From positions 3,658,001-3,722,000 of the forward strand of contig OZ316776.1 in the NCBI GenBank assembly GCA_973851085.1: DNA of 64,000 nt, in the 5' to 3' direction. Of this stretch, positions 1 to 12,800 are shown piece by piece. The notes under the pieces were generated by a model. It saw only the letters and a program-made list of their open reading frames with translations, was not told where the DNA came from and did no database searches. The number at the start of each line of letters is the position of its first letter. Position 1 is the stretch's first letter. The DNA is from Ptychomitrium polyphyllum. Taxonomy: Eukaryota. Made by a program: the position numbers and the translations under genes.

Positions 1-520
1 GGCCATCCAGGTGCACCTTCCGGCGTCTTGATCCGCGAGGGGTAGGTTTTCGCTGATCAGTGTTGGTAGATAAACCTTAAACCCTGTGTTTTGGTGGGTC
101 AGTCATTACAGCGGAAGCATCTCTTTTTGCTTGCACATTGTTGGAAGTAGCATATTATCTTTCTTGTGTATCTGATTCCTCACAAGTAGTGTTATCGGTG
201 CTGATATGTGGAATGTTGACAGTACTCGGCTTTTTAATGGGATTTAGGGTTCTGTGGAACGTCACGTATCAGATGTTGTACGTGATGAGGACAAGGAGTG
301 AGTTTATTAGGCTCATTTCAAGTTCTCATTATTCATGGTATTATGATCTATAAATACCAAACTAAGATACTATATCGAGGAAGAGAGTATTGGTTACACT
401 GTTTTAAGATTCTGCCTTGTAGGATATGGGAGCTTATTGAGCTTATTGTAGGACGGTTCTGCTTTGAGGATGACACCGATTTTTTATTCTCATTTTGTGT
501 CCTGTGATGTGGATGAGCAG

Positions 521-2143
521 TTGGACGACGACGACGATGATGAAGACGAGTTCAAACCTCTTTTCGATTACAGCGACACAGTTCCTCCAGCTCCAGAGTT
601 TTTGAGCAGTGGTTAGTAAATGCCATGCAGTTCTGTACTCAATTGCATATTTTAATAACGGATATCAGAAGTACCGTTAGATACAAAGTTAGGCTTGGCA
701 ACCAGTGGGTGTGTTTTTAATAGAAGCAATCTGTACAGTGATTGATTCTGTCCTCGTATTTAAAATTGCTAATTGGAAACAGATGACAGTGATGGAGATA
801 TCGCCGTAATAAAATCAGCTCTACCCTCGCACAAGCTCGAAACTACGCCAGCTAAGGTTTGTCGAGAAATTCTTATTTGGTCCAACCAAGGATGGTTTGA
901 AAAGGTTTTATAATCTTTGCTAGAGCAATACCGCAATTGGCCATGTTCAATATTTGTATTGTGACGTTTGTATACTGTTTCCTTGTTCTTAAATATATTC
1001 TACATAAGCGCTAGATAAGATGAACAAGGTTCGAAGCCTTTTAACCTTCTAAACCCTTGTCCTTGTAAGTGCATTTCTGATTTAAAGATTGGGCATGACT
1101 AGATACCACCGACTCCAACGTCTCAAAAGGATCAAGCGCAGAAAGCAAAATTGGATGAGGACGATGATGATGACGACGACGACAGCTGGTTGATGCCTTC
1201 GCCTTCGAAGTTGCCAAAGCTGACTTTGCCTACATTCTCTGCTGGAAATTATGCTCTACAACAATTAAGGTTAAATTTCGTCCTCAGTGTTCAAATGTGT
1301 TTTACTATTTATATAAGCTAGTCTTGTATTACACGACACAAATATATCAAAGGTGCTTATCTTTAGCAGTCAGATACTCAAGCTCTTAGATTCGAATGTT
1401 AGATAATTGTGAACTGCGAATTTAGCGAATTTATGAAACGCCTACATTGCTGTGTTCAGGTCAAAGAGAATGGAGTTGATGATGTTACAACAAAATGCAT
1501 CGCCGGAGGCAATCAGAAGATTTGAAGAGGCGGCAAGGGCGCAAGCACAACAACGTGCCGAGCCGGAGCCACCTATGGTCGTGAAAACTCCGGAGATTTT
1601 GAACTGTCACGAGGAGTTAGCAGGGAGTGGATCTGCCGCATCTGAAGAAAAGGAGAAAATTCTACTAAAAGTGCAGAACAATGCAGGAAGTTTTCAATCT
1701 ATCCGGATATTTAAGGTAAGTGAATACAATTCTTCTGACACAATCAGGAATTGGTGATACGGATGTCAACAAGGAACACCGCTTGTAGACTTGAGCACTA
1801 TTTCTTCCTCACTATTTTTTGCCTTTGTTTTTTCTTAAAGGATTTTGGAAACAAATAGAAATCATTTCTATGGTTGCGTTTCTCACTCGTTATTTTGTAA
1901 ACAAATACTGTGATTTCTAAAATTCTGCATCTGAGTGAAGAAGTCACTGACTGGGATTCTTATCATGCAATTGTGTAGACCGACAAGTTCGAGAAGCTAT
2001 TCAGGGTGTACGCGGGTATGGTTAAATTACCCCTTGAGAATATGGTCTTCCGCTTTGATGGAGACCAAATCTCTCCCAACAGCACGGCTAAAGAGCAGGA
2101 TATGGAAGATGGTGACATCGTTGAAGTGTATATTAGGAGTTGA
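521..2143 (+). CDS. RENi-family (Rad60/Esc2/NIP45-like) protein with C-terminal SUMO-like domain; 5' end not resolved
   Basis: GT-AG exons 521-611, 783-856, 1103-1269, 1460-1715 and 1979-2143 splice in phase. The product reads LDDDDDDEDEFKPLFDY...DDDDSWLMPSP...LRSKRMELM...EKILLKVQN...IRIFKTDKFEKLFRVYAGMVKLPLENMVFRFDGDQISPNSTAKEQDMEDGDIVEVYIRS*. This is a SUMO-like fold without a di-Gly tail, preceded by acidic tracts. The start codon was not found in frame and lies in an upstream exon. Confidence 0.85.
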
Positions 2144-4149
2144 TCATACCATCAATCAAATTGTATTTATAGAAGGTGTTGAAGTTTTTTTACATCTGCT
2201 TTAAGCAGGAATAGTGCGCTTCGCTTGCAAATCAGGAAGTAGTTTACTGATCGAAGGTCAGTTGTGATAGTTTGCTTAGCTGGGGGAATTTTCAGAGTTA
2301 CTATTCCCTTCTCAAGCGATTGTACATGTTTTTAAACGCTGAAAAGTACATTCTTTTGAATTTATTTTAATAGATTTAGTTTGTGGAGATCAGTTGACAA
2401 GGCGTTCCAATGGCACAATTTGGGATTGTTTTAGTAACACTTGGACACCATGTTACAGTCCAAACCATTTAATCCAGAACATATTTAATGTGAATGCTCA
2501 GACTACCTGAATTTTGAAGCAAGACTCGAGGACCATCCATAGATTATCGTTGTCATTTCTATACGTCTCTTGTGCACATTCAGCTTGATTGGATGAGTAC
2601 CTCAATGCTAGTGAGTCATTTTGTAATGCATGACCATTGAATGGCGCAGAGAATCCAGAATCAAATAAAAATACCTTGTGGCGATATTCTCCCAAATACC
2701 ACATTGACTTACAGCTTCTACAGCCCCGAAGATGAGTCATATTGCCTCGTTTAATCCTGTCGTCATTTGCAACCTGCACTAGTACTATTTCAGTGTAACC
2801 TGAAAAAGAGGATGCCAACTTGGTTCTGAAGATCATCTAGTTGCTTAGCTTGCTGGTCTTGCGTCCTTTTTTGGTCATCTAACCTGATACCATAAACGGC
2901 GCAAAGCTCCTCCAGGGCTATAATCCGTGTCATTGCAAGCTCATGGTGCATCCGAATCTTCTCATCGAACTCGGTCGGCAGCCTGTTTTCCAACTCAACC
3001 ATATCCGCCTGCATGATCGAGATTCAAACCTCGTCTCAGCTGGCTCAAGTATTCATCAGACGCGAATTAACTCTACAAGTATTAAATTCAGTATCCACGT
3101 TGGGGTTGGCATCTATCACTTCACCTGAATACTGGCAACGGTAGCGAACAAGGCGTCCAGTTTGGAAGCCACGAATCTGGCGTTCTCGGTTAAGTTGACA
3201 TGAATTTCGGAAGGAGGGGGTGGTTCTCCTTGCGCTGGCTTCTCCTCCCCTTCCTCTCCTCCCTCTACTTCTTCCTCCTCCTCTGCCATGCTGGATGGTA
3301 ACTAGTACTACTGGTGAAGCTCAAAGGAACTTATAATTTACCCTGGACCGAATCGTTGTGTTAATCTAATCATCTTGGTGCTTCATCTGCTTGACGTTCT
3401 TTCGCAATCGTTCTCAATACTGTTTACTCCTTCCGGACGTTGATAACGTTCCTCTCCATTATCGTATGATGATGTATATGCCAATGGACTCGTTAAGCCA
3501 TCTTTACCAGCTTTGGGTTCCAATGACTCCACACTCCGATTAACAGAGTTGGACGGTTGAACCCAAGTGCAGAAGAATCAGCGCTAATTAATCACAAGAG
3601 AGCTTTGCATTACTAAGAAGCAGGTCTAGACATGAATTGAGACAGATTGTCGATATAAAAAACCGACACAGCAGAGTGTATAATCGTGCATGTCTCTGCT
3701 TTCTTCTTCGTCTAGTGGATAACTGGTGTTGGAGAGGTGAAGGGGTTAAAAAGGTGGTCTTGAGAGGTTGTCAAAGGCTGCAGGCTCACAATGGGTTCAC
3801 CACACTGTTCCGACAATCTCGAGTGGTGTTCACCAAAGGCTCTCGCCAAGTCATTCAGCTTTTGCCACTAAATAAATCTGCTAGACTCTCCTCTCCAGAG
3901 CTTAATAGCAACAAGCAAGCTGCAGCACATCGATTAGTGCCTCCAGGAATCTATGATGACCATAAGGCATGCCCTTACATCCTCACTTCCCAATTTCATA
4001 CTTCTACTAACACCTTACATGCCAATGGACTACTGCCTCACTCCAAACCGAAACACTTACACTGGAAATACTATCTAGCCTTTCTCGATAAACGCTAAAT
4101 ATTACTTAAGCTTCAACCGCAATAGAGTCTAAACTCATCCACGTCTTTA

Positions 4150-4660
4150 GCCAATGTTCCTTACTGCCTCTAATTTCAAGCAAGCTTAACATGTCTTCAA
4201 ACAAAGGTCTATCGGGTGGGATTGGATTGTGAACACCAATTTAGAAGATCAAGCATCCAATCATAAACATACTTTGACACCTCCACTTGATTCCCATAGA
4301 AGACAAAATCATAGTCACTAAATGGATGTTCCTTAAAAGGAAGTTCTCCAGTCATTATCTAGTAAACATGTCATTCTGTAGCTACAAAAATTTGCTTGTT
4401 TTATAAATAACTCTGGTCTTGTGGATACATTCTTCTCTTTGCATTATCTCAAGTGCCTTCCAAAGTCCAGTTCCTACAATTCCAATTGAACGTTCATAGT
4501 CCGCAATGTAAGTGCACCAATTTCTTTTGACTTCACGTTTATTCATTGATGCTTTGAGGTCGCTGTGAACAATGTTGTGATTGCAGCTTCTCCATTCCAA
4601 CTACAACACGACACATATAGCATTTCAACACCCTCAATGCACTTTTGAAATGGTCCCTGC
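4150..4660 (-). pseudogene. Decayed Ser/Thr(TKL-like) protein kinase remnant
   Basis: Minus-strand fragments occur in different frames: GPF..VEMLY, HNIVHSDLKAS (catalytic loop), IADYERSIGIVGTGLWKALEI (DFG/activation/APE region), SYRMTC and IMTGELPFKEHPFSDYD (subdomains IX-X). They are separated by frameshifts and stops. Boundaries are approximate. Confidence 0.7.
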
Positions 4661-7600
4661 ATATTACCAATAGTTGTTGCCATCAATGACACTGCGTAGA
4701 CCCTCTTAGAATCGGACTTCTTAGAATCGGGCTCCGAAATTTGGCTCCAGTGAACCTTGGAACGTTTGATGCCTTCCTCTCGTTCCGGAATCTGACTGCG
4801 CTTCCCACTCCCCATCCTCTCTAGCTTGCTCTCATGCATGCTTTCTAGCATGCGGAGAAGAATGGTTTAGATGAGGTAATTGCATGCCCATTCCCAGATG
4901 CAACAGCTTTGTGGATTTCTGCCTCCATTGATCCACCTATCATGCAAGAGTCTGAAGATTTCTGATGCTATGGTCTCACTGCTGGGTGCACTTGTGGCTG
5001 CCATCACTGCTTACCGCCCTAGTACTGAAACGCGCTCGCGCTCCTTGCCTGTCTGCTACCAAATTTGAGGTCCTAACCTGAGGAAGAGACAAGGCATCAG
5101 CACAGAATAGCGAAGTATCCTCATCTGCAACGCAATCCTGCCTTGAATTATCAGAATCAATCAAAGTAAACAGCTCTGCCTTTGATGAAGTTTTGTACAA
5201 TTTAGGAAATCCAAAGTGCGAACGATTTCGCCTAAAAAGAGATCCAGTGTAAGAGTCCCGATTTTGAAGAGATCGCAAGACGAAGGAGCGATATATCTCA
5301 CTAACGAGCAGATGCACAGCGATGTCGAAAGCTTGTGAGAAACAAAGGTGACACTGACGCTAGACAAACACCTCCGGGCACGTCCAGACGCTTGCTGCTA
5401 ACCTCAAAACCCTTGTGAAGAAGCTCCGGACATTGGTGTTTTGCACTGAAGGATTGGGAAACAGAGTTAATGAAAACACACCCCGTGAGGCCGGCAGACA
5501 ACTGTAGATGTAGGTGTGACTGTGTCCATAGAGTGAGTAAAGAACATGGAAGAACATGGGAGAACATGGAGTGAGAAGGCCTGAGTTGGTTGTGGTGTGA
5601 GAAATAGGCCTGGAGAACGGGAGCTGGACTTAGGAAGGCCGAGTTTTGCCTTCAATTCCAAGCGTTCGCTCTGGAACTGGGAGGTAGCATTTGCTACATG
5701 ACGTAGCTTACGCATGCAGTAGGATTTCTTCTGTTTTATCACCACAACTCTATGGCATAGAAAGATTTTCCAGCGGTCAGTATATATTCCAAGTGAATTG
5801 CATGTTCCGGCGTGTTGGTTGTATTCATATGCTATCTTGAGGGAAACGGACTGTCTCTAGCTGCAAGTTACAGTTTTCTTTCCTCACCTTGACGAGCTCC
5901 TGGAGATTCATTACTCTCAGAGTTAGGAGGTTTCATGTGGCGTTTTGGTGTTCAGTTTAAGTGAAACCGGTCCCTTAAAGGTGAAAGCTACAGCTGTGTT
6001 TGTTGCCATTCTTAAGTGTTGCGCGGTTTTGTTTGACAATTGTCTGTAAAGAACTGCTAGAGTATCTTTAAGACTATCCATGACAAGTCTTTGTTAGATC
6101 TTTAACATGCAACCTTTGTTGCTCGATATCCTGTTATGTTCCGCCTATCGTCATGACTAGCTTTGAAATTGGTTTCCTCGTCCATCACTGTCCTTTACAT
6201 CTTTGTCTTCGGATTGTTGGTTTCTGACGAGAGAATTTTCTTCAGAGAGCTCTGTTGTTCTGATTTTCACAATTTAATGAATATGTAAAATAATGGACGT
6301 TTTAATATTGTTTCTCAACTATGCTGAACAATCTTATCTTCCAATGCAACCTTATAGAACCATTATATTTATATTTCATTGATCTAACATGAAGAAATAA
6401 TGTACATGAGGCATGAAGTCAAGGGCATCTACAACAAAGCTAATGCAACAAGACTTTGGTAAAAGCTAATACAAAATGTCTCCTCATTAGGTGCCATTGA
6501 TGTAAGAGTCCCTTGATGATTTGTACCATCTTTTATTTGGGAAAAGAGTGAAGTCTACCAGCACACCAATGCTTACAAACAGAACCAAGGAAAATGACAA
6601 AAATAAAAAAAAGAATATGAAACCAGTGATAGGAAGCTTGGCTTCCTTGTGCTTGAACACTTCCAAATCATACACCCAATGTACACATCCGAAGCACATA
6701 AAATAAGCACAACCAATTTTATAAGCACAATCAACAACAGTGCTGTTGGATAACAACACTGCATCCTTATAAGCATGCTAACATATGGAGTTTGAGGAGT
6801 TTCATCAAAATTTTGGACCTGAGTTATGTTATTACAACCATTTATCAACATCACAATTTCATATTTCGATTTGGTACCCATATACAAACTATGTACAATT
6901 CATTTCATTATGTTTGCCATGAAAAAAAACATCAATACATATCATAACCCTACCTGGTTTCTCTTACTTTGCACCCATACAAAAAAAATAATTCATAACC
7001 AATTAAAACATAACCAATTCCATAATCTACTATAGATTCAATGCAAATACATTGAATAAAGTTTAATACAATAAAATAAGAACCAACAAACATAAAACAA
7101 CTAGCACCTAAAAACATTGACCACTAATTCCTAAAAGAAACAACCATTCCCAAAATTACAACATTGGAAGATTACAAAAATAATAGCTCTTATAGAAAGA
7201 TTAAAAGATTAATATAAAAAAATAAACTGAAAACATTCCTTATTATTAAATAAAATAAACAACCATGTAAAACAAAACATACAACCAACAACCACGTTTC
7301 AAACTAAACCACAAGACACACCTATTTTACCATTAACGATAAACAGAAAGTAACACAGCAGTCATCACTATATGCCCATCCTAACTATCACAAGAACGCT
7401 CGAAAATAAGAGTAACTACAGCCACTTTTCGTTCAAAGTACACAAAAGAAACATAAAAACATGTACCCAACAACTCAAAAGGAACAACGCTATCTGCGAT
7501 GATCCACCGCAGAACAACATCCTACTTCACTGTTGTCATCCCAACACAAACATTCAGCGACATAGAACTCCTAATCAACCATCCCCATCGGGTAAACAAA

Positions 7601-9853
7601 CTCGACCCAAACCAACCCTGCCCATTGCAAAACACAGATAACACGGTACACCAGGCTACGAAACCACGCCCTCCTAACATACTCGATCTAACGCGTCAAC
7701 CACAGCAACACAGCGCGAAAAGCAACTATACCGCTACCCTAAAGCTGGAGAGCGTCGACGGGGCGGGGCTGTAAGGTCGTCGAGTGTGGAAGTCGCGCGG
7801 CACCGATCACAACATAATCACCGCACCAGGGCCAGGGCCGGGCCTGGGCAGGCGGCGACGAAGGAAAGCAGGGGCCCGAGCGCCCACTGCGGCAGGCGCA
7901 CGGCAGGGATAAGAATATAATAAGCAAGGCAGAGTAGAATACTGCCGTGGTGAAGAGACGGGAGCCTGCCAGCGAGGGCGACAGGGCAGCAACGAGGCCC
8001 CTCTCCGTGGGCTTGCCACCCCGATGTAAGTTACGCAGGCACTGAGCTGGCCTGCTTGGGTGCTTTCTGTCTGTGCCGTCGACCCGGTAACTCCACTCAG
8101 GTCCATCCCACTGGCGTCGGCTCTTCGCTCCCCCTGTGAGGAGTTGGAATTTAATTTATTTTGAGACACCAACCTTCGCCTGCGCCCTTCCCCCCCCACC
8201 CCCCCCCCCCCCCCTTCCCTCTCCCTCCTCTCTCTTCCAGAACGCAGGGCTCCTCTTCCCCGGCACGCAGGCACCCAGGCCGAGGGACACGCCTTGCACA
8301 GGCGCCCCACCGGACGCTCCCCTCCTCTGGTCCCCTGCGCCGGATTCTCCCCGCAGCCTCGCCCGACCTAAGGCACGCGCACTCGCACCAGGTACACGTC
8401 GCCGTGCCATCGTCCTCTCCCGATGGCGCTCCCCCTCGTCTTTCCTTTCTGTCTTTCTTTCGCCATGGAATCGCTAGGGTGCCGTCTTCCGGTCTCTGGC
8501 GTCAGTTCGCTCGCCGACGCCAGTCGCAGCAGCGGTAGCATTAGCAGTAGCGGCGCCGTGTTTGGATCCTGGATTCCTGTGCTGCGACCGGGCGGGCCGT
8601 TGTCGGTCGGCCGGGCTGTTTTCTGCGCTCCGCAATCGCGAATCGGTTGCCGCGGCGGGCGAGCCCGGGGTGCGTCGTAGTGGTTAGGGCACGCGAAAGC
8701 CAATTCCGTCGGGGCGGGATGGCATGCATTACGTTGGACGTGTAGGAGGGCTTTGTGGAGCGGCGGTGCGCGACTCGGTCCCTTGATTCTGCCTCGCCGG
8801 GCCTCGCTGGCCGCCTTGCCTCGGAGAGGTTTTGCTGTCACGAGCGTGTAGAATACCGCGTGGCTTCGTGCACGGCAGGGTGCAATTTGGTTCGTCTGAC
8901 CTACTCGCGCACCGGGGGAATTACAACTGAATGCCGGGGCGGCAGGGCTCGTAGAGTTCGATGTTTGGCGCAGGCTTGGGACGCAGAGTGCGTCGCCGCT
9001 GCAAAACGTGATCTGTAACCGACGCCCTGTTTTAGGGCGCCTGGGCTGTGGCGCTCTTGTCTGGCCTGCGCAGAACAACCAGATCCTGGAGAGGCTTCAC
9101 TCGCGGAAGAATCTAGCGGTGCCGTTGCTCGGGGTGGTTTCGTTGTATTTGCAGGACCGATTTGAATTTCACCGGTCTATCGTCTGGTACTGCATTTCTC
9201 CTCATGCATCAGCGTCCATGGAAACGCTCATGGCAATGCAGCGGCGCTGGATTTTCCCACGTGCAATCGCAGTTCTGAGATCCTTGGAGGTGCACCTGCG
9301 GAGTAGGAGGCTGCCCTAACCGCTTTAGTTCGGATTTCTGCATGTCCGAGGGCAAATTGAGTCCTTTCGGTAGTTTTTCCGTCGACACAGGGGTCGAGGA
9401 CTGCAGGAACCAGCTCTGGTTCTTGCCGGGCAATAGTCACCGTGATTCCTACGTGCCGTATGCGTTGGCTCAAGATATCAAGAAACGATTACCGTCAAAT
9501 GCTTGAGCAGGTGGTTCCAGCCGATGTGAATTTTGGGGGAGCAGTAGCAAACAATGTAAATTTAAGTGCACCTATGCTCTCACAGTGGCGCAAGGGCATC
9601 GCGTCATTTGCTGAGGCACGACCTGTTGGTCCTTGAATAAAAGGAAATGCCTGGCGTGTCCTGGTTGAACCTTGAAGGCTAAGATGTAGAGTACGTTCGA
9701 GGGCCAACGCACGACATACTGTCGCGGAATGTGTCCGTCAGTCTGCATAGTCGGATTTGCATCTTGTCATGACAGAGACTTACGTGGTCGGTTGCTTGGC
9801 AGGGCCTGGCTTTTCTCCGTCAGTGATTGCCTTACATTGCTATCAAGAGAGCC

Positions 9854-12800
9854 ATGGAGGCGAACCATGAAGGCACGAGCGGTTTGGGGATGGTGCTTGA
9901 GGGTGAGACTGGCGTTGGAGAAACTGTGGAGATTAAAATCAAAACTCTTGATTCACAAAGTTACACGCTGCGTGTGGAGAAAAATGTGAGTTCTTGTAAG
10001 AACTTGAGTTGAACATTGCATGGTGTTTGCAACCGACCGGGTGAAATTTCGGTTCTGTAGTCTTTACTCAATGTTGGTTCCTTTTTGTTTCATCTCGGAA
10101 CGTCGGTCGTTGCGACGGGAGTGCAGGCCTGGAGCCATGTGATGTTCGATGTTGGAATGAATCAGCATTCGTGTTGATTGGGTCCTACCTGGATATTTCC
10201 AATTCTTTCCTGCTGAAGCTGCAACTTGGACGATTGGTGCATTGTAGGTGGCAGTTCCTGCGTTGAAGGAACAACTGGCTTCGGTTGTTGGAGTGCCGGC
10301 GGAGAATCAGCGGCTGATCTGCCGTGGAAAGGTTTTAAAAGACGATCAGCTGCTGTCTGCTTACAGTATCCTTGTCCACTGATAGAAAGTGTAGCAGCTC
10401 CACCGACTGCATCATGGTTTGAAAATGCTAGTTAAGTCTCAGGTTGTTTGGGATTGTGGAAACGTGGGGGGTTTGTTTCGCCCGGGGTTGGTGTCAACCT
10501 GAGATGACGGCGCACGTCGTTTTTATGGAGTGTGGAAAGTTAATTCGAGCGTGAGAATTGTCCTTAAAGAAAATATTCAGATGTTGAGGATGGGCATACG
10601 TTGCATCTGGTGGCTAGGCAGCCTCCGCCAACCTCTGGAGTTGGCCCAAGCTCTGCCAGCAGTGAAGGTTAGTCCACACTCGTTCTCTGTCTATTGGTTG
10701 TGTCTGTTGTAGAAACTCCTTGCTACTGCATGTCTGCTGCAGACTTGATTCGTGCTGTTTGTTTCTGGGGAAGCAGAGCATAAAGTGATAATGTGTCTTT
10801 TCTTCTTATTTTGACGGAGGCTGATGAAAGCCACGACGGCCATGCAGGTGGTCAAGGAGAAACGGGTCTGCCTCCACCAGGAGGCAGGTCTGGTCACGTT
10901 TCACACAGCCTTTTGATGGGAACTATCAACTTTCCAGATAACGGTGAAGGGCAACTGCCTGACCTGAACAGCGTTAGTAACAAGCTGTGATACTCTTGTC
11001 GATTTCCCTGTTTACTAAATTTGAACTTGTTGGATTTAACCCCGTCGTGTAATTTGATTCGTCATTGCGCATCGCCATTGCGTGTTTGTATCGTCTCATC
11101 TGTTCTTGAAGTGTTTCTCTGCATTACTTAGCACATTCGCAGCGTGTTTGGAGCTCAGTCTTTTCCTATAGGCAGCAGGGACGTTGGTTTTTTTCATGAT
11201 GGTGTGTGTTGTTGCGCTTGAAAATGGTAATAAGCTCACAGTTTTGGGGGTTCACTGCAGATTATAAATGCAGTTTCCAGTATCATTGGAATGCATGGTG
11301 GTGTCCCTTTGCAAGGTGGTACAGGGAACACTGATAATTCTACCACAGTGAGTGACATTCATTCAACCTGCTTCATGTCCAACCCCGCACAATCTTCACG
11401 CACGTCTGCCTTGCACGTGGTTTCACGCAATTTCATAAGAAAGTGTTCAACAAAGGTTATTTGTTGGTGAAAGTAGTCTTGAACTCTTTTCCTAGTATCC
11501 GTTATGTGTTTTAAGCTTATGTCGATTTTTAACAGAGAACTATGGGATCTGGTCCGTTTGGTCACAGTACATTGTGCAGCGACTTAGAGGCTTTATGATA
11601 TTGACGATGATGGTAATTAGCACCCGCACGGCAGCTTGAACTGCATACTTTTGTTGCCACGACCTTCTGTGGTTGAGCGTGCTCCTGTGCATTCTTGAAA
11701 TTAGACCCTTCGATTTGCACGCAGAGTAAGTCAGCATGGAGCCTCAGGGTCGACATCGTAGCAAGAGCTGATTAGTGATTGGCATGAATGTAGGCAACCT
11801 GTTTACGCTACGTTGATACAGTTGTTGACTGTTACTGCAGGGAGTGTTACCCACACCTGGTGGCGTTGATGGCGGGGCAGCTGATGGTAGAAACAATGGG
11901 AGTGACCAAGATGCTGGTGTTCGTGAATTAGAGCTGCAGATTGACGCGCTCTATGGAATGCCATCTAATTCTGCCGGAACCACGGGCCCAAGTCCCATTC
12001 GTGTGGTTCAGGGTCCTGTGGTGAGTTTCTCTGTGGCAGTGTCGGGCTGTTCGTCACAATTCGCTTGAGTGGTACGGAGTTTGGGAGGACGTGGATCTCA
12101 TCCTTCACCGTAACATGGCTCTGAAGTCTATTCCTTATGTTGGACATTTGTGGGGGCCATTCGCGCGGGACGACTAAGTTTAATTATACCAAGCTTGGGT
12201 GCAGTCGATAATGCTCTATACATTGTCATTTCTATATATTTTGCCAGGTTGTCCCTGACGCTTTGACAACCATGTCCCAGTACTTGGACCGTTTGGAGCA
12301 GTCGTTTGCTGCAGAAGGTAACTCCTTTTTCAGTTCTTGAACAACTTACAGGGCTAGCTGTTTTGTCGTGTAGGAGGGTCTGGGAAATTTTTCATCGCCG
12401 CTGCTGAATTGAGGGTCCTTATAAGCCCTGGGGAGTAGTATCGTCCTGGAGATTTTGCTTCAGCCTTCTGTGATGTACAGTTTCAAGTACACAGTGTGTG
12501 TGCAATTGGGAGTGGATGTTGGTCTATTGTGTACTGGATGAATGGCTTCTCCTGTTAAATTTTTGGGTTGTTTGAGGTAGCAGTTGAGAACGATTTTTTT
12601 CCCCTTGGTGCAGAGTCAGCAAGGACAACCAATTCTCAAGACATTGGTCCCACGGAAGGGAGGGTGGCTACTGATGTGCGTCCCGCTGGAGAAGAACCTC
12701 GACGGGGAGCTTCACCAGCTGCTTTAGGAGCCCTTGTGAATCGAGTGAACAATTTGCTGCGTGGCCAGGCTAGCTCTGCGCTTTCTGTAAGTGGTGTTGT

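Noticed and set aside
7807..9078. Long overlapping ORFs (167-236 aa) in the GC-rich arm ends
   Set aside because: They are open in several frames on both strands because high GC depletes stop codons. They are Arg/Pro/Gly-rich with no recognisable domain.
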